From: an uncultured Gammaproteobacteria bacterium
GTDB taxonomy: Bacteria; Patescibacteriota; Patescibacteriia; VMEV01; CAZAJQ01
Assembly: GCA_964485795.1 (NCBI GenBank)
Contig: CAZAJQ010000001.1
Span: 78,014-142,013 of the forward strand
Length of the DNA: 64,000 nucleotides
Direction of reading: 5' to 3'
The notes under the pieces are model-generated. The model worked only from the letters and a program-made list of their open reading frames with translations. It did no database searches and was not told the DNA's origin. This document shows, in pieces, positions 29,761-42,094 of the stretch; the stretch's first letter is position 1, and every line of letters starts with the position of its first letter. Made by a program: the position numbers and the translations under genes.

Positions 29761-30078
29761 CTATGCTTCAAATACCCCCTTCACCTTCAAATACCCGTTT
29801 TTTTCATGTGGAAAATTTTTCTTGATGGCGGCGACCACGGCTTCAAGACACGGCAGCGCCTCATCATCTCGTAAACGATTTTTTATGCCGGTCACTTGCG
29901 ATGTGGGTTCGATGTTTTTCGTCGGAACTTCATCGAGCTTTTTCACAAACGTCAGAATCTCGGAAAGCTGTTTTTGAAACATCTCCACCTCGTCTGAAGA
30001 AAGCTCTATTCTCGCGAGCTGAGCAATGTGAATCACTTCATCGTAAGAAAGCTGCATAGGTTTATGGTATAAACTCAA
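29761..30078 (-). CDS. gatC: Asp/Glu-tRNA amidotransferase subunit C
   Basis: 105 aa with SYDEVIHIAQLARIELSSDEVE, typical of GatC. Confidence 0.85.
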   Translation of the reverse strand: MSLYHKPMQLSYDEVIHIAQLARIELSSDEVEMFQKQLSEILTFVKKLDEVPTKNIEPTSQVTGIKNRLRDDEALPCLEAVVAAIKKNFPHEKNGYLKVKGVFEA

Positions 30079-30165
30079 ACTGAGAGTATGGTATCAGAGA
30101 ACCGGACGGGATAAAAGTCGATATCGGTTTTTCGGCATACGTCGGCGAATACCGCCGGCTCATGA

Positions 30166-32259
<2,094 letters not shown>

Positions 32260-32270
32260 TCATAGCAAAA

Positions 32271-32370
32271 TACTGAGAACTGAGTACTGAGTACTGAGTA
32301 CTGAGCACTGAGTACTGAGCACTGAGAACTGAGCACTGAGTACTGAGAACTGAGTACTCTGTTCTCAGCG
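32271..32370. repeat. (TACTGAG)n heptanucleotide array, ~14 units with A/C/T variation, ending in an inverted unit. Family member 3 of 3.
   Basis: tactgagaactgagtactgagtactgagtactgagcactgag...tactctgttctcag, between the ligA start and the end of the pilus-operon tail gene. Confidence 0.85.
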
Positions 32371-32383
32371 AGAGCCAAACGCG

Positions 32384-33115
32384 CTATGGCAAACCGCTCC
32401 ATGGAGTCGTAGCGGGCACGGTAACACGCAAAGCCTTCTGCGAATTTTTATACACTCCTTTACTCGTCATCGTCACAGGAACCGGAACGCTCAGCTCATT
32501 GCCCGACGGCGCACCGTCGGCGGCGTAAAACCTGACATGCAGATCAAGAGCGTCATCGTTTTTCGCTCGAATGCGGATTTGATACGCTGAATCGGCGGAC
32601 AATGCGCTCTCCACGATGTCATTGCACGGCGTTACGCCTCCGCAAAAATAAGTAGTGACGCTTTCGGCCGCAAAGCTGACACCGTCCCAAGTCCGCACCG
32701 TGACTTCAAGCTGCACGCCGATATTCCATGAAATCCGAAACGATTCGATGCCGGCCGGGACTCCGGTAACGCTTCCGGGAACATACACCTCCACTATTTC
32801 AAATTCATCTTCCGCGATTGCGTCAATGCCTATATCCGATGCCTGATCGATGACATCACGCTCCCATCTCACTTGGTTGCCGTACTCACCGCTTCCGTTC
32901 AATTCCGCCGCACCTTTCCCCTCCTTTCGAAGTCCGTACAAACCGGTTTCAATGGCCGCGTCCGCTCCGTAATAAGCCAAAAAAGCGTTTTCTATTTTTT
33001 TCGTAATTTGGGTTTGGCGCACAATGATTTCAGACACGATGACGCCGCCGGTAAGAATCAAGGATGTTATGAGAAGTGACGCTATGAGTATCACTCCTCG
33101 TTGATTTTGGCGCAT
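32384..33115 (-). CDS. hypothetical protein with an N-terminal TM; last gene of the pilus operon, possibly a minor pilin
   Basis: MRQNQRGVILIASLLITSLILTGG N-terminal hydrophobic segment. 243 aa. No canonical prepilin motif. Confidence 0.5.
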   Translation of the reverse strand: MRQNQRGVILIASLLITSLILTGGVIVSEIIVRQTQITKKIENAFLAYYGADAAIETGLYGLRKEGKGAAELNGSGEYGNQVRWERDVIDQASDIGIDAIAEDEFEIVEVYVPGSVTGVPAGIESFRISWNIGVQLEVTVRTWDGVSFAAESVTTYFCGGVTPCNDIVESALSADSAYQIRIRAKNDDALDLHVRFYAADGAPSGNELSVPVPVTMTSKGVYKNSQKALRVTVPATTPWSGLP

Positions 33116-33174
33116 AACTCTGTGAAAAAAAATTCTTTTTTGAAAAAATAATGAAATTTCAAAAACGCGGCTCC

Positions 33175-33816
33175 TTACCGCTCATACACCCGAGACGAAA
33201 TCGTGTTTTGCAAAAACAACGTATGATCGCCTTTTGCCGTTTGAAACGCGGCCGTGATCGTCACTTCGGGTTGCCGGTTTGAAGCATACGCTCCCCCGCT
33301 TCTTTCGAAAGGATTTTGCTGCGGCATGATGAAAAAACGCAGCGACGGCAATCGTACCCCTCGGGACGTCGCCGCATTCCAGCTGACGCCCTGATCATAG
33401 CTCACTTCCAGACACGGTGAACTGGAAAGATCGGGACATACCGAATCTCCGCTCCGATACACCACCGTGCTTCCCTCGTCATCAACGAGCGCCAGCTCCG
33501 ATGCTGGCAAGGTCAATCCCCCCGAATACCCGGAATAGGCATAGTCGATCGTATGCGTCTTGATATCGTCGATGAAACGGCCAAACACATTCTGCGCATC
33601 GGCCTGCAAACGAGCAACATTCAGCGTCTTATTTTGCGCACCCAAGGATCGTATCATGATCCCGGTCACCGTCACGATGAGAAAGGAAAAAATGGACATG
33701 GAAACGATCACCTCAACCAACGTGAATCCCGCGCCGTTGACAAACGACGTCTTTTTTTTATAACAAAAATTTTTATCAAATCTCCACATACATTGACCAT
33801 TCAAAACATATTTCAT
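33175..33816 (-). CDS. type IV prepilin-like protein (minor pilin)
   Basis: Leader ...KKKTSFVNGAG then FTLVEVIVSMSIFSFLIV, the class III signal with G/FTLVE. Confidence 0.75.
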   Translation of the reverse strand: MKYVLNGQCMWRFDKNFCYKKKTSFVNGAGFTLVEVIVSMSIFSFLIVTVTGIMIRSLGAQNKTLNVARLQADAQNVFGRFIDDIKTHTIDYAYSGYSGGLTLPASELALVDDEGSTVVYRSGDSVCPDLSSSPCLEVSYDQGVSWNAATSRGVRLPSLRFFIMPQQNPFERSGGAYASNRQPEVTITAAFQTAKGDHTLFLQNTISSRVYER

Positions 33817-33942
33817 TCATGTACTCCGACGTAACGCTTTCGAAAAAATTTTTATCTCCTTCACTTCCAAGCCTTTGCTCCGGCTTCGAAACGTTAGGGT
33901 CTGCCCTGAAGGAGAGCTCCCGTTGGTCGCACCCTTCAGGAT

Positions 33943-34530
33943 TTACCGCCAATGATAGAGTTCCCCGATCGCCATCACGCTGCGTTCCTTTCCCTTTTCC
34001 GTCCATCGCACCTCGGAGGTGATTTTTTTGCGAAAATCCGTGCCTTCGGGATCGATGGTGATAAGCCGCCGAAAAACGGTTGCGTTTCCGGTTGCGCCGG
34101 CCGTACTTTGCCGATATACGCCTTGATCGCGATACACCACGGCTGCGGCATCGGAAAAACCGCTCGGCGCAAAATCCAAAGTCCAGCTCCCCGCCTCCGG
34201 GTCAAACGCGGGAATGGCCGTGGTATCCGCAATCCCGGACATACCCGTATCCCACGGCGATTGAGAAAGCCAATTGGAGTCGCGAATATTTCTCACGACT
34301 TCCACGCCTTCCCATGCCAATTGCGAACCGATCATCGAAGACTGCAGCTCCCCGCTCTGACCAAGCGTTGACAATACGAGGCTGAAGCTTCCCAGCATCC
34401 CGAGGCCGATGATCGTGAAAGCCACGATGGTCTCCATGAGCCCCTGGCCTCGGGGCGATGCACGGAAGGTATGCTTATTTTTGAATAATCGCTTCATAAC
34501 GTTTTTCGAATTCTCATTCAAGTACGGCAT
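33943..34530 (-). CDS. pilin-like protein with an atypical prepilin N-terminus
   Basis: ...ASPRGQG then LMETIVAFTIIGLGMLGS: conserved Glu+5 and a hydrophobic helix after a Gly cleavage context. Confidence 0.6.
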   Translation of the reverse strand: MPYLNENSKNVMKRLFKNKHTFRASPRGQGLMETIVAFTIIGLGMLGSFSLVLSTLGQSGELQSSMIGSQLAWEGVEVVRNIRDSNWLSQSPWDTGMSGIADTTAIPAFDPEAGSWTLDFAPSGFSDAAAVVYRDQGVYRQSTAGATGNATVFRRLITIDPEGTDFRKKITSEVRWTEKGKERSVMAIGELYHWR

Positions 34531-34531
34531 A

Positions 34532-35467
34532 TCAAACGAACGAAGAAAAAAAACTCAATATTCTTTTCCTCGGTTTCATTTTTTTCGACTTTAAAATCAT
34601 ATGATCGACAATGGCGCCGGAAATATCTGTTTCGGAAAATTCTTGCGCTCTGGGAAAATAGCAAGGCATATTGACTTCCGCTATATACGGCTGATCGTCT
34701 TGATCGATGAGTATATCCACCCCTGCAAATTCATATCCCAAAACATTTGCGGCTTTCACCGCCAATTTTTCAACCTTGGATCCAAACTTTTTCACTGAAA
34801 TGGACAGATCATCTCCCCTATTGCTACGAAAATCATCTTTGAGACGAACATATTCAATACTCGAAACAACTTTATTGCCCAAAACGATCAGACGGGCATG
34901 TTCCTTGTAATGCAAAAATTTTCTCAGAATATATTTGCCGTTTTGTTTCGATAAATAATCGCAAACCGAAATCAACGACTCGAAGGAATCGATCTTCATG
35001 ACACCGATGCCATGCGCTCCGCCGATGGCTTTCACAATGATCGGAAATCCATTGAGCGCTCGAACGTATTTTTTCAGAAGTGCCGTGTCGGTCGTGATAG
35101 AAAAAACAGTCCGGATAATCGGCAATCCGCACTTTTCGTGAAAGAGAGCGGAGCCGACAAAATAATCCCGTCTCGCCATGCAATCGGTGAAATTCCTATA
35201 TAACGTGATCACTTCGGAGTTGATCAAAAGCTTTTCCAAGAGTGAGGAAGCATATCCGGAAGCAATTCTGTAAAGGCCGTCTTTACCGGTGAGATGCAAT
35301 CTTTGCGAAAAATCAAAATGATTCGCGTCAAGCGTTTCAACTTTCAATCCGCGACTCTCAGCCGATTGCTTGAGATAATCATATGAAGGATCATCCTGCA
35401 TGACGATAAGAAAAATTCTTTCCAAAATATTTTTCATATCAAATATGAATTGTGGCGATGCGGCCAA
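34532..35467 (-). CDS. ATP-grasp ligase, RimK/alpha-L-glutamate-ligase-like, embedded in the pilus operon
   Basis: GFPIIVKAIGGAHGIGV, ARLIVLGNKVV, FAGVDIL and YIAEVN motifs. Confidence 0.8.
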   Translation of the reverse strand: MAASPQFIFDMKNILERIFLIVMQDDPSYDYLKQSAESRGLKVETLDANHFDFSQRLHLTGKDGLYRIASGYASSLLEKLLINSEVITLYRNFTDCMARRDYFVGSALFHEKCGLPIIRTVFSITTDTALLKKYVRALNGFPIIVKAIGGAHGIGVMKIDSFESLISVCDYLSKQNGKYILRKFLHYKEHARLIVLGNKVVSSIEYVRLKDDFRSNRGDDLSISVKKFGSKVEKLAVKAANVLGYEFAGVDILIDQDDQPYIAEVNMPCYFPRAQEFSETDISGAIVDHMILKSKKMKPRKRILSFFSSFV

Positions 35468-35508
35468 GAGAGCAAACAGATGGTCAGCCTTTTCGCCGGC
35501 TTTTGCAT

Positions 35509-36054
35509 CTACTCCACGGAAATCTGTCCCGTAAGCCGATGAATGCGAACTTCTTTGTTTTTTCCGCTTTTTTCATCGCGTATGTGAATCACGGCCACAT
35601 CTTCGGAGGCGCATTCCCCGCTTGCGCTTGATTTGAAACAGATAAAAGGCTTGGGCGGTTTAAACGTCACATGGAGCGGAATAAACGGATCGGCGGAAAC
35701 GATTCGAACGTTTTTGGGGGTGAAAAAAACTTCCGTGTCCATGGCCTCCTGCGCGCCGTCATAATGAAGATTTCCGTTGACGTCGGCAAAAAGCCGATAC
35801 TCGCACGGAGGCGCGCCGCAAGCTCCGATGAAAAAACCGTATCCCCCTTCGGGAACTGCGCCCAGATACGGCTCACCCGTAATCGCAAACGCCTGCGCTT
35901 TTCGAATCGCGGACGCGAGCGCTTCGACGCTCAGATCCAGATCCCGTGAAGCGCCGCGATAATTGATAACCACGATGGTGGATAATATCCCGATAATGGT
36001 GATCGTCACGATCATTTCCAGCAGCGTAAATCCGCGCTCGTTGCTTATGTTCAT
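35509..36054 (-). CDS. type IV pilin/pseudopilin (GspG/PilE-like)
   Basis: MNISNERG then FTLLEMIVTITIIGILSTIVVINY. Confidence 0.85.
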   Translation of the reverse strand: MNISNERGFTLLEMIVTITIIGILSTIVVINYRGASRDLDLSVEALASAIRKAQAFAITGEPYLGAVPEGGYGFFIGACGAPPCEYRLFADVNGNLHYDGAQEAMDTEVFFTPKNVRIVSADPFIPLHVTFKPPKPFICFKSSASGECASEDVAVIHIRDEKSGKNKEVRIHRLTGQISVE

Positions 36055-36129
36055 AAAACGAAAAAGGCTAAAAAAATCGTCAATACTGTCGCAGGTTCGC
36101 GGTAATGTTCCCCCTGCACGATCGACATC

Positions 36130-37098
36130 TCAATCGCCGAACAGCAACCATGATATATCTTTCATGCTGTTCGCCACGTCGATCCAAGCATCCCCGTACA
36201 AAAGCATAAATCCCGTTCCGACGGCCAAAAAAGTCCCCATCGGAACTTCGGATTTCATGCCTTTCTTCTTCATGGCAAGCAAAACGACGCATACCAAAGA
36301 TCCGATCACATAGGAGATCAGCAAGGCAGCCAAAACTTTCGGCCAGGAAAGCATGACACCCATCAGCGCGCCCATGCGTATATCCCCGCCCCCCACCCAT
36401 GCGCCTCCGGAAACGGCATACTGCAGGAAAAAAAATCCGCCGGCGACGATTGCCGCCAAAAGCATTCTTTGCCACGATATTCCAAACCATGCATTGCAGA
36501 AAAAAACAAAAAATATCGAAGGAATCGTGATGATATCCGGCAAAAGAAAATATTTGAGATCAAAGAGAAAAAGCGCCAGAAGAATCATGACGAAAACGAC
36601 ATTTCTCAAAGCATAGAGAAACTCAAAAAAACCGAAACCGTATTTTTGCGTGATGAAATCGGCGGTTGCAAATGAATCCAAGGAAAAATAAGAAAATGGA
36701 GCGAAGCATGCGGCCACAAAAACAAAACCGGTCAATAATTCTGCGGCGGGATATTGCAAAGATATGTTTTTTTTACAGGTGCGACATTTTCCCCGAAGAA
36801 GGATATAGCTGACAATGGGGATAAGATCATAAGCATAAAGATCATGCCGGCAATTCGGACAATGCGACCTTCCCCAAACGAAATTTTCCCCCCGATACAT
36901 CCTCTCAATCAAAACATTCAAAAAGCTTCCAAAAAACAACCCGATGATAAACACAAAAATCACGAGACTCATAATCTTTATGAAAAAAAATTCATATTCC
37001 TTTCCAGTATAGAGGCTTTGGGGGATAAAAAAAATACCCGCCTGCCATGCCGCTTCCCTGAGGTAAGCGGCATATCGGCCAGCGGTATTTTTTTCCAT
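36130..37098 (-). CDS. pilD: prepilin peptidase (A24 family). An alternative start at 36972 (MSLVIFVF...) would give 281 aa.
   Basis: GSFLNVLIER, CPNCRHDL...C..C Zn-binding tetrad, GGGDIRMGALMG. Multiple TM helices. Confidence 0.85.
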   Translation of the reverse strand: MEKNTAGRYAAYLREAAWQAGIFFIPQSLYTGKEYEFFFIKIMSLVIFVFIIGLFFGSFLNVLIERMYRGENFVWGRSHCPNCRHDLYAYDLIPIVSYILLRGKCRTCKKNISLQYPAAELLTGFVFVAACFAPFSYFSLDSFATADFITQKYGFGFFEFLYALRNVVFVMILLALFLFDLKYFLLPDIITIPSIFFVFFCNAWFGISWQRMLLAAIVAGGFFFLQYAVSGGAWVGGGDIRMGALMGVMLSWPKVLAALLISYVIGSLVCVVLLAMKKKGMKSEVPMGTFLAVGTGFMLLYGDAWIDVANSMKDISWLLFGD

Positions 37099-37158
37099 GA
37101 ATGATCAACATGGAGTCGGAAGAATATTCATATTTCAGACCATCCCAAGCTGTGTAAC

Positions 37159-37647
37159 TTATATCGTTCCTCCCGGACTGGCTGTGCGAACCCCGGTCGG
37201 CAAACCTCCGGTACCGGATTCCAAGTAAAACTTGATGGTATAGGATGTTCCGGTGGAAACAAATGCGTAATCGCACACGGCCGTTGATGCGTCCGTACAT
37301 ACCGAAGCGGCTCCCGATTTACTCGGATCGCGAGGCACGCCTTGCATATACAAACTGCTCCCCGTGCACGTAGCCTCAAACCCAACATCCGTCAGACACA
37401 GGGCGGTTCCGCTCCCCAATGCCAGAGGACTGCCACCGTCGGACGGGTAGCTGTTGGCTTGCAAATAATACAGCTCCAAGGCTCCGCGGATATTGGCGAT
37501 ATTGGCCACTCGAGACGAATCCCTCGCCTTGGTCCTCGCGGTACCAAGCGCCAATACGGCCAATGTGGAAAGCAAACCGATGATGGACACCACGACCAAA
37601 AGTTCGATCAATGTGAAGCCCCGCGAAGAGTCTTTTTGTGTATGCAT
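37159..37647 (-). CDS. pilA: type IV major pilin
   Basis: MHTQKDSSRG then FTLIELLVVVSIIGLLSTLAVLALG. 162 aa; C-terminal Cys pair. Confidence 0.85.
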   Translation of the reverse strand: MHTQKDSSRGFTLIELLVVVSIIGLLSTLAVLALGTARTKARDSSRVANIANIRGALELYYLQANSYPSDGGSPLALGSGTALCLTDVGFEATCTGSSLYMQGVPRDPSKSGAASVCTDASTAVCDYAFVSTGTSYTIKFYLESGTGGLPTGVRTASPGGTI

Positions 37648-37686
37648 ACGACAAAAAATTAGAAAAAGTTAGAAGTGAATATTAAA

Positions 37687-38160
37687 TTACAAGACTCCAT
37701 CGGGTTTTGCGGTGCGAATTCCGGCTGAAAGATTGGCCACCGAGCTTTCCAGATAAAACAACAAGGTAAAGTCGCTTCCGTCGCCGCTTTGATAAGAATA
37801 ATCGCATACCGAAACCGAAGACACGGTGCACGGAGCATCAGCGTCGCGCAGAGACGGATCGCGTGGAATCACCAGCATGAAAGGGTTGGTGCAGCCGGCG
37901 GTCTTGAATCCCGTGGAATCAAGACACTTCCCTACCGTGCCAAGCGTCTTTGCCGTCGATTCGATGGGGTATTTGCCGTTTTCATTGTAATACAGTTCCA
38001 AAGCGTTCATGATCTGCCTCACGTCATTGGCTCTGCGCACGTCTCTGGCCTTCACCCGCGCGGATCCAAGCGCCACGACCGCAAGCGTCGAAAGCAATCC
38101 GATAATCGACACCACCACAAGAAGCTCCACCAATGTAAACCCCTTTGTTTTTTTATGCAT
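37687..38160 (-). CDS. type IV major pilin paralogue, tandem to pilA. The ORF track extends it to 38226; the internal start MHKKTKG is preferred.
   Basis: MHKKTKG then FTLVELLVVVSIIGLLSTLAVVALG. Shares ...ALELYY...CDY... with the neighbouring pilin. Confidence 0.8.
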   Translation of the reverse strand: MHKKTKGFTLVELLVVVSIIGLLSTLAVVALGSARVKARDVRRANDVRQIMNALELYYNENGKYPIESTAKTLGTVGKCLDSTGFKTAGCTNPFMLVIPRDPSLRDADAPCTVSSVSVCDYSYQSGDGSDFTLLFYLESSVANLSAGIRTAKPDGVL

Positions 38161-38229
38161 AGGATGAAAAAATAAAAAAGAAACAAATGTATGTAGCCTC
38201 TCAAAAACGGTTGATGCGTTTTTCAAAGG

Positions 38230-39426
38230 CTAAAAAGATCCGGCGAGATTGTACATCGGAAGAATGATCGCGGCCACCATGACTCCCACGGCGATACCCA
38301 TAAGAATCATCACGATCGGCTCTATTAAAGTTACCAAATTGTCAACAAGGCTGTCAATTTCCCTTCGATAAAAATTCGTTATTTTTTCAAGCACCAGATC
38401 GATCTTTCCGGTCTTTTCTCCCACACTGAGCATCTGCGACACCATGATGGGCATATACGGACTTTTTTCAAACACGGTTGCGATTGGACTGCCATCCTCC
38501 ACCTCGCGGATGGTTTCGTTGATCAGCTCTTCGTAAACGCTGTTTCCCACCACATCCGAAACGACCCGCAGCGCTTCGCTCAAGGGAACTTTTCCGGTGA
38601 TCAAGGTCGAAAGACTTTGCGTAAACCGCACGATATAAATGCGCTTCATGAGATTGCCAAACAGCGGCAACCTCAAGAGAATCGTATCAAATATTTTTTT
38701 CCCGGAAGGGTAATTCCACGCCACCCGTATGCCGATGACGACGCCGATCAACGATGCGATCACGAGCCACCAGTAGCCAACAAAAAAATCGCTGACCGCA
38801 ATGAGCATTCGCGTGGAAACGGGCAATGCGGTTCCTGTTTCGCGGAGTATGGAAGTGATCTTGGGAACCACAAAAACCATCATGATGATTCCGACGGCCA
38901 AAAGCCCGGCCATGAGAAATACCGGATATATCATGGCACCCTTGATGCGACTCATGAGGTCATGGTCTTTTTCCAGCTGATCCGCGAGATAATTGAGCAC
39001 GTCGGCGAGTTTTCCGGAAGTCTCGCCCGAACGGATCATGGCCACAAAAAAATTGCTGAACACCTTGGGATATTTCGAAAGCGAAAGCGAAAGCCTCGCT
39101 CCGCCCTCGACATCATCCGCGATATGGGAAAGTATTCCCCGAAGCGTAAGATTCGCGGTTTGATCCACGAGGATTCTCATGGCTTCGACGATGGGAACAT
39201 TGGCCGACACCATCACCGAAAGCTGACGGGCCATGATCACCACGTCGCGACTCGGAACACCGGAAAGAATCTGCAATTGAAAAACGCTCGTTTTTTTCAC
39301 GGAAAGGCTGACCACGGTAAGCTGATTTTCCAAGAGTACGGATGCGGCTTCTTCTTCACTTTCGGCTTCCACGATACCGGAAATCATTTCTCCTTCGGGA
39401 TTTTTGGCTTTGTAGTTAAAATACAT
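38230..39426 (-). CDS. pilC: type IV pilus platform protein (GspF family)
   Basis: 398 aa; two GspF repeats and three TM segments. Confidence 0.9.
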   Translation of the reverse strand: MYFNYKAKNPEGEMISGIVEAESEEEAASVLLENQLTVVSLSVKKTSVFQLQILSGVPSRDVVIMARQLSVMVSANVPIVEAMRILVDQTANLTLRGILSHIADDVEGGARLSLSLSKYPKVFSNFFVAMIRSGETSGKLADVLNYLADQLEKDHDLMSRIKGAMIYPVFLMAGLLAVGIIMMVFVVPKITSILRETGTALPVSTRMLIAVSDFFVGYWWLVIASLIGVVIGIRVAWNYPSGKKIFDTILLRLPLFGNLMKRIYIVRFTQSLSTLITGKVPLSEALRVVSDVVGNSVYEELINETIREVEDGSPIATVFEKSPYMPIMVSQMLSVGEKTGKIDLVLEKITNFYRREIDSLVDNLVTLIEPIVMILMGIAVGVMVAAIILPMYNLAGSF

Positions 39427-39436
39427 ACATTCAAGA

Positions 39437-41161
39437 TCATACCTGCATCACACGCAATACTTCTTCGTACGTGGTTACACCGGTCAAGACTTTCAGGAGA
39501 CCGTCTTGTCGCATGGAAATGGCCTTTTGCGAAATGAGTTCTTCATCGACCTCCTTTTGCTGAAATCCGCGGGCGATAATGCTCTGCATCTTTTCGGTCA
39601 CAAGAATCACTTCCGCTATGACCGTCCGACCTTTGTACCCCGAACCGTTGCATCGCACGCAACCTTTTCCTTTGAAAAACTTCATCTCCTCAAACGAAAC
39701 ATATTTCAGGTACTCTTTGGGAACCGACGCGACCTCTTCGCGTATGAGACGAATAGTCTCGTCATGAAGGCTGATTTCAGACTTGCAATTGGCGCAGATC
39801 TTTCTCACAAGACGCTGAGCCACCACGCCTTTCAAGGTGCTTGAAAGCAAAAAAGGTTCCACGTGCATATCCATCAATCTCGGAAAAGCGCCGATCGCGT
39901 TGTTCGTATGCAGGGTGGAAAAAACGATATGTCCGGTCAAGGCCGAATGCACGGCCAATTCCGCGGTTTCATTGTCACGTATTTCTCCCACCATGATGAT
40001 GTCCGGATCCTGCCGAAGGATGGCACGCAATCCCGAAGCGAAGTTGAATCCCACTTCAGCGTTCACTTGGGATTGATTGATGCCTTTGATATAGTATTCC
40101 GCCGGATCTTCCAAGGTCACGATATTGACGCCTTCTTCGTTGAGCAGATTGAGTACGGAATACAGCGTGGTTGATTTTCCCGCTCCCGTAGGTCCGCATA
40201 CGAGTATGAGACCGTACGCCTGATGGATGGACTTGTTTATCTTTTCGACGAACACATCACGGAAACCGAGCTGCTCAAGGGTCAAAACCACGCCCGAAGT
40301 GTCCAGAATTCTCATCACGACCTTTTCCTGCCCCAGAAGCGGCAAAGTCGATACGCGAAGATCGGCTTGGGCGCCTTCAAAATCGATTTTTATGCGTCCG
40401 TCTTGGGGTTTTCTCGTTTCGTCAAGCTTGAGATTGGCGAGCACCTTGATGCGAGACACGATCGCCGAATGCACATACATGGGAAGCACGGTTTTGACGC
40501 GCAAAATGCCGTCGATGCGATAGCGCACCTGACTCCCCTCCACCCGAGGCTCGATATGAATGTCCGATGCGCCGGCATCCACCGCGTGCTTGATGATCAC
40601 CGAAACGATTTTTGACACCGGTGCGCTCTTGATCACCTCTTCCATGGACTCTTCTTTTTTTTCCTCCGTTTTGGCTTCAAACTTCTCTTTTGCGCGGCCG
40701 AGGACGGCTTCGACTTCTTTGCCGAGAATCTTGTATTTTTTTATCAATGACAAAAAAGCCGTTTTTGCGATAAGAAAATACTCTACTTTCAAATCATGAT
40801 CCTTGGCGATAAACGCGGCCGCCTCAACGGCTTTGAAATTTTTTGGATCCAAAACTCCGACGGAGAGAGTTCCGTTTTCTTTTTTGAGAGGAATGATCGC
40901 ATAGGTTTTGGCGACTTCTTCTGGAATCAATGCCAATACGTCCTGCTGCACGTCCACGCGCGAAACGTCAAAAAACGGAATGCCGTAAATTTCGGATTTT
41001 ATCTTCACCGCATCGGTTTCCGCGACAAATCCGGAGTCAAAAAGCACATCGTCTTCGTTTTTCATCTCCGAAGCGATCTTTCTGACGAGATCGGTATACT
41101 GCGCTTCGGTAAGAAGCTTTTTTTCCCTGAGGCGGGATAACACGGGATAGGGTGTCGGCAT
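39437..41161 (-). CDS. pilB: type IV pilus assembly ATPase (GspE family)
   Basis: Walker A GPTGAGKST. T2SSE N-terminal domain. C-terminal CANCK...CVRCNGSGYKGR tetracysteine. Confidence 0.95.
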   Translation of the reverse strand: MPTPYPVLSRLREKKLLTEAQYTDLVRKIASEMKNEDDVLFDSGFVAETDAVKIKSEIYGIPFFDVSRVDVQQDVLALIPEEVAKTYAIIPLKKENGTLSVGVLDPKNFKAVEAAAFIAKDHDLKVEYFLIAKTAFLSLIKKYKILGKEVEAVLGRAKEKFEAKTEEKKEESMEEVIKSAPVSKIVSVIIKHAVDAGASDIHIEPRVEGSQVRYRIDGILRVKTVLPMYVHSAIVSRIKVLANLKLDETRKPQDGRIKIDFEGAQADLRVSTLPLLGQEKVVMRILDTSGVVLTLEQLGFRDVFVEKINKSIHQAYGLILVCGPTGAGKSTTLYSVLNLLNEEGVNIVTLEDPAEYYIKGINQSQVNAEVGFNFASGLRAILRQDPDIIMVGEIRDNETAELAVHSALTGHIVFSTLHTNNAIGAFPRLMDMHVEPFLLSSTLKGVVAQRLVRKICANCKSEISLHDETIRLIREEVASVPKEYLKYVSFEEMKFFKGKGCVRCNGSGYKGRTVIAEVILVTEKMQSIIARGFQQKEVDEELISQKAISMRQDGLLKVLTGVTTYEEVLRVMQV

Positions 41162-41167
41162 AGTTGA

Positions 41168-41458
41168 TTATGGTTCTACGGCAAAAGGATCCTGCTTGCC
41201 TTTTTGACCGATATCAAGGGCTCCAAGCGACGGCACGAGTCGCAAAAAACGATCGTCTGATAAAATATCTTTTTTAAAATCCACTGGAAACGGTTGCGCG
41301 GCGTGCGCGGGAACATTCAACGTTTGCCCCGCTTGGCTGCCAAACAACGCTTCCGTCAAAACATTGCGAAGCAAAAGCAGTACAACGGTGAACAGGACGA
41401 TCACGATAAGAAGAATCGTCAACGATTTGTTTTTTTTGGTTTCTTTGGTAAGCATCAT
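41168..41458 (-). CDS. small single-pass membrane protein in the pilus operon
   Basis: 96 aa, one TM (LTILLIVIVLFTVVLLLL). Confidence 0.45.
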   Translation of the reverse strand: MMLTKETKKNKSLTILLIVIVLFTVVLLLLRNVLTEALFGSQAGQTLNVPAHAAQPFPVDFKKDILSDDRFLRLVPSLGALDIGQKGKQDPFAVEP

Positions 41459-41482
41459 ACTTTCAGATTTTGGAAGCGTGAT

Positions 41483-42064
41483 TTATTTTTTGTCTTGAAA
41501 ATACACCCTCATCTCCACATCCGCGGTATCGCCTTTTCTTTGCACGGAAAAAGAAGTCACATCCATAAGCCGTTGATGATCTTCCAGCGAAATGATGAAG
41601 CTCTTCAAGGAAGCATAATTGACGGGTGAGACGGTGACCTTCACGTTCATGACTCCAGCATCCCGCAGATCCGAGGCGGCCGCTCCCTTGAGCTTCGCCG
41701 TTGCCGCCTGATCCGTCATGGTGACGCCAAGCACCACGAGCCCGCTTGACTGCGCGAGTTTTTCGATCTGCGCCAAAAGCAACGCTTCATTGCGATTTTT
41801 GGGAATAAACGACTCGATTTTTTCCCGATCCTGATCGGAAAGGCTTTCAAAATTTTCTTTCAAAACTCCAAGTTTCAGAAGCTTCGTCTTCAAAGTTTGA
41901 AGTTCAACCTCCTTCGCTGAAACGTCATTGACATTACCATTATAAAAACTTTTTGCTTTGGGAATAAGCACAAAAAAAGCGTATACGCCGACGATGAGAC
42001 CGACGATGACGATCGATGAAGCCGTAAAATGTTTTTGAAAAAATCCCTGTTCTTGATGTTTCAT
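41483..42064 (-). CDS. pilO: PilO-like pilus assembly protein
   Basis: Single TM, coiled coil, C-terminal domain. Sits between pilN and pilB. Confidence 0.65.
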   Translation of the reverse strand: MKHQEQGFFQKHFTASSIVIVGLIVGVYAFFVLIPKAKSFYNGNVNDVSAKEVELQTLKTKLLKLGVLKENFESLSDQDREKIESFIPKNRNEALLLAQIEKLAQSSGLVVLGVTMTDQAATAKLKGAAASDLRDAGVMNVKVTVSPVNYASLKSFIISLEDHQRLMDVTSFSVQRKGDTADVEMRVYFQDKK

Positions 42065-42094
42065 AAATTCTTCTTTTGAACCTCACAATGACTA

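Noticed and set aside
38617-39537. 306-aa plus-strand ORF
   Set aside because: Antisense to pilC and the pilB 3' end. H/R/G-rich low-complexity sequence typical of an antisense frame.
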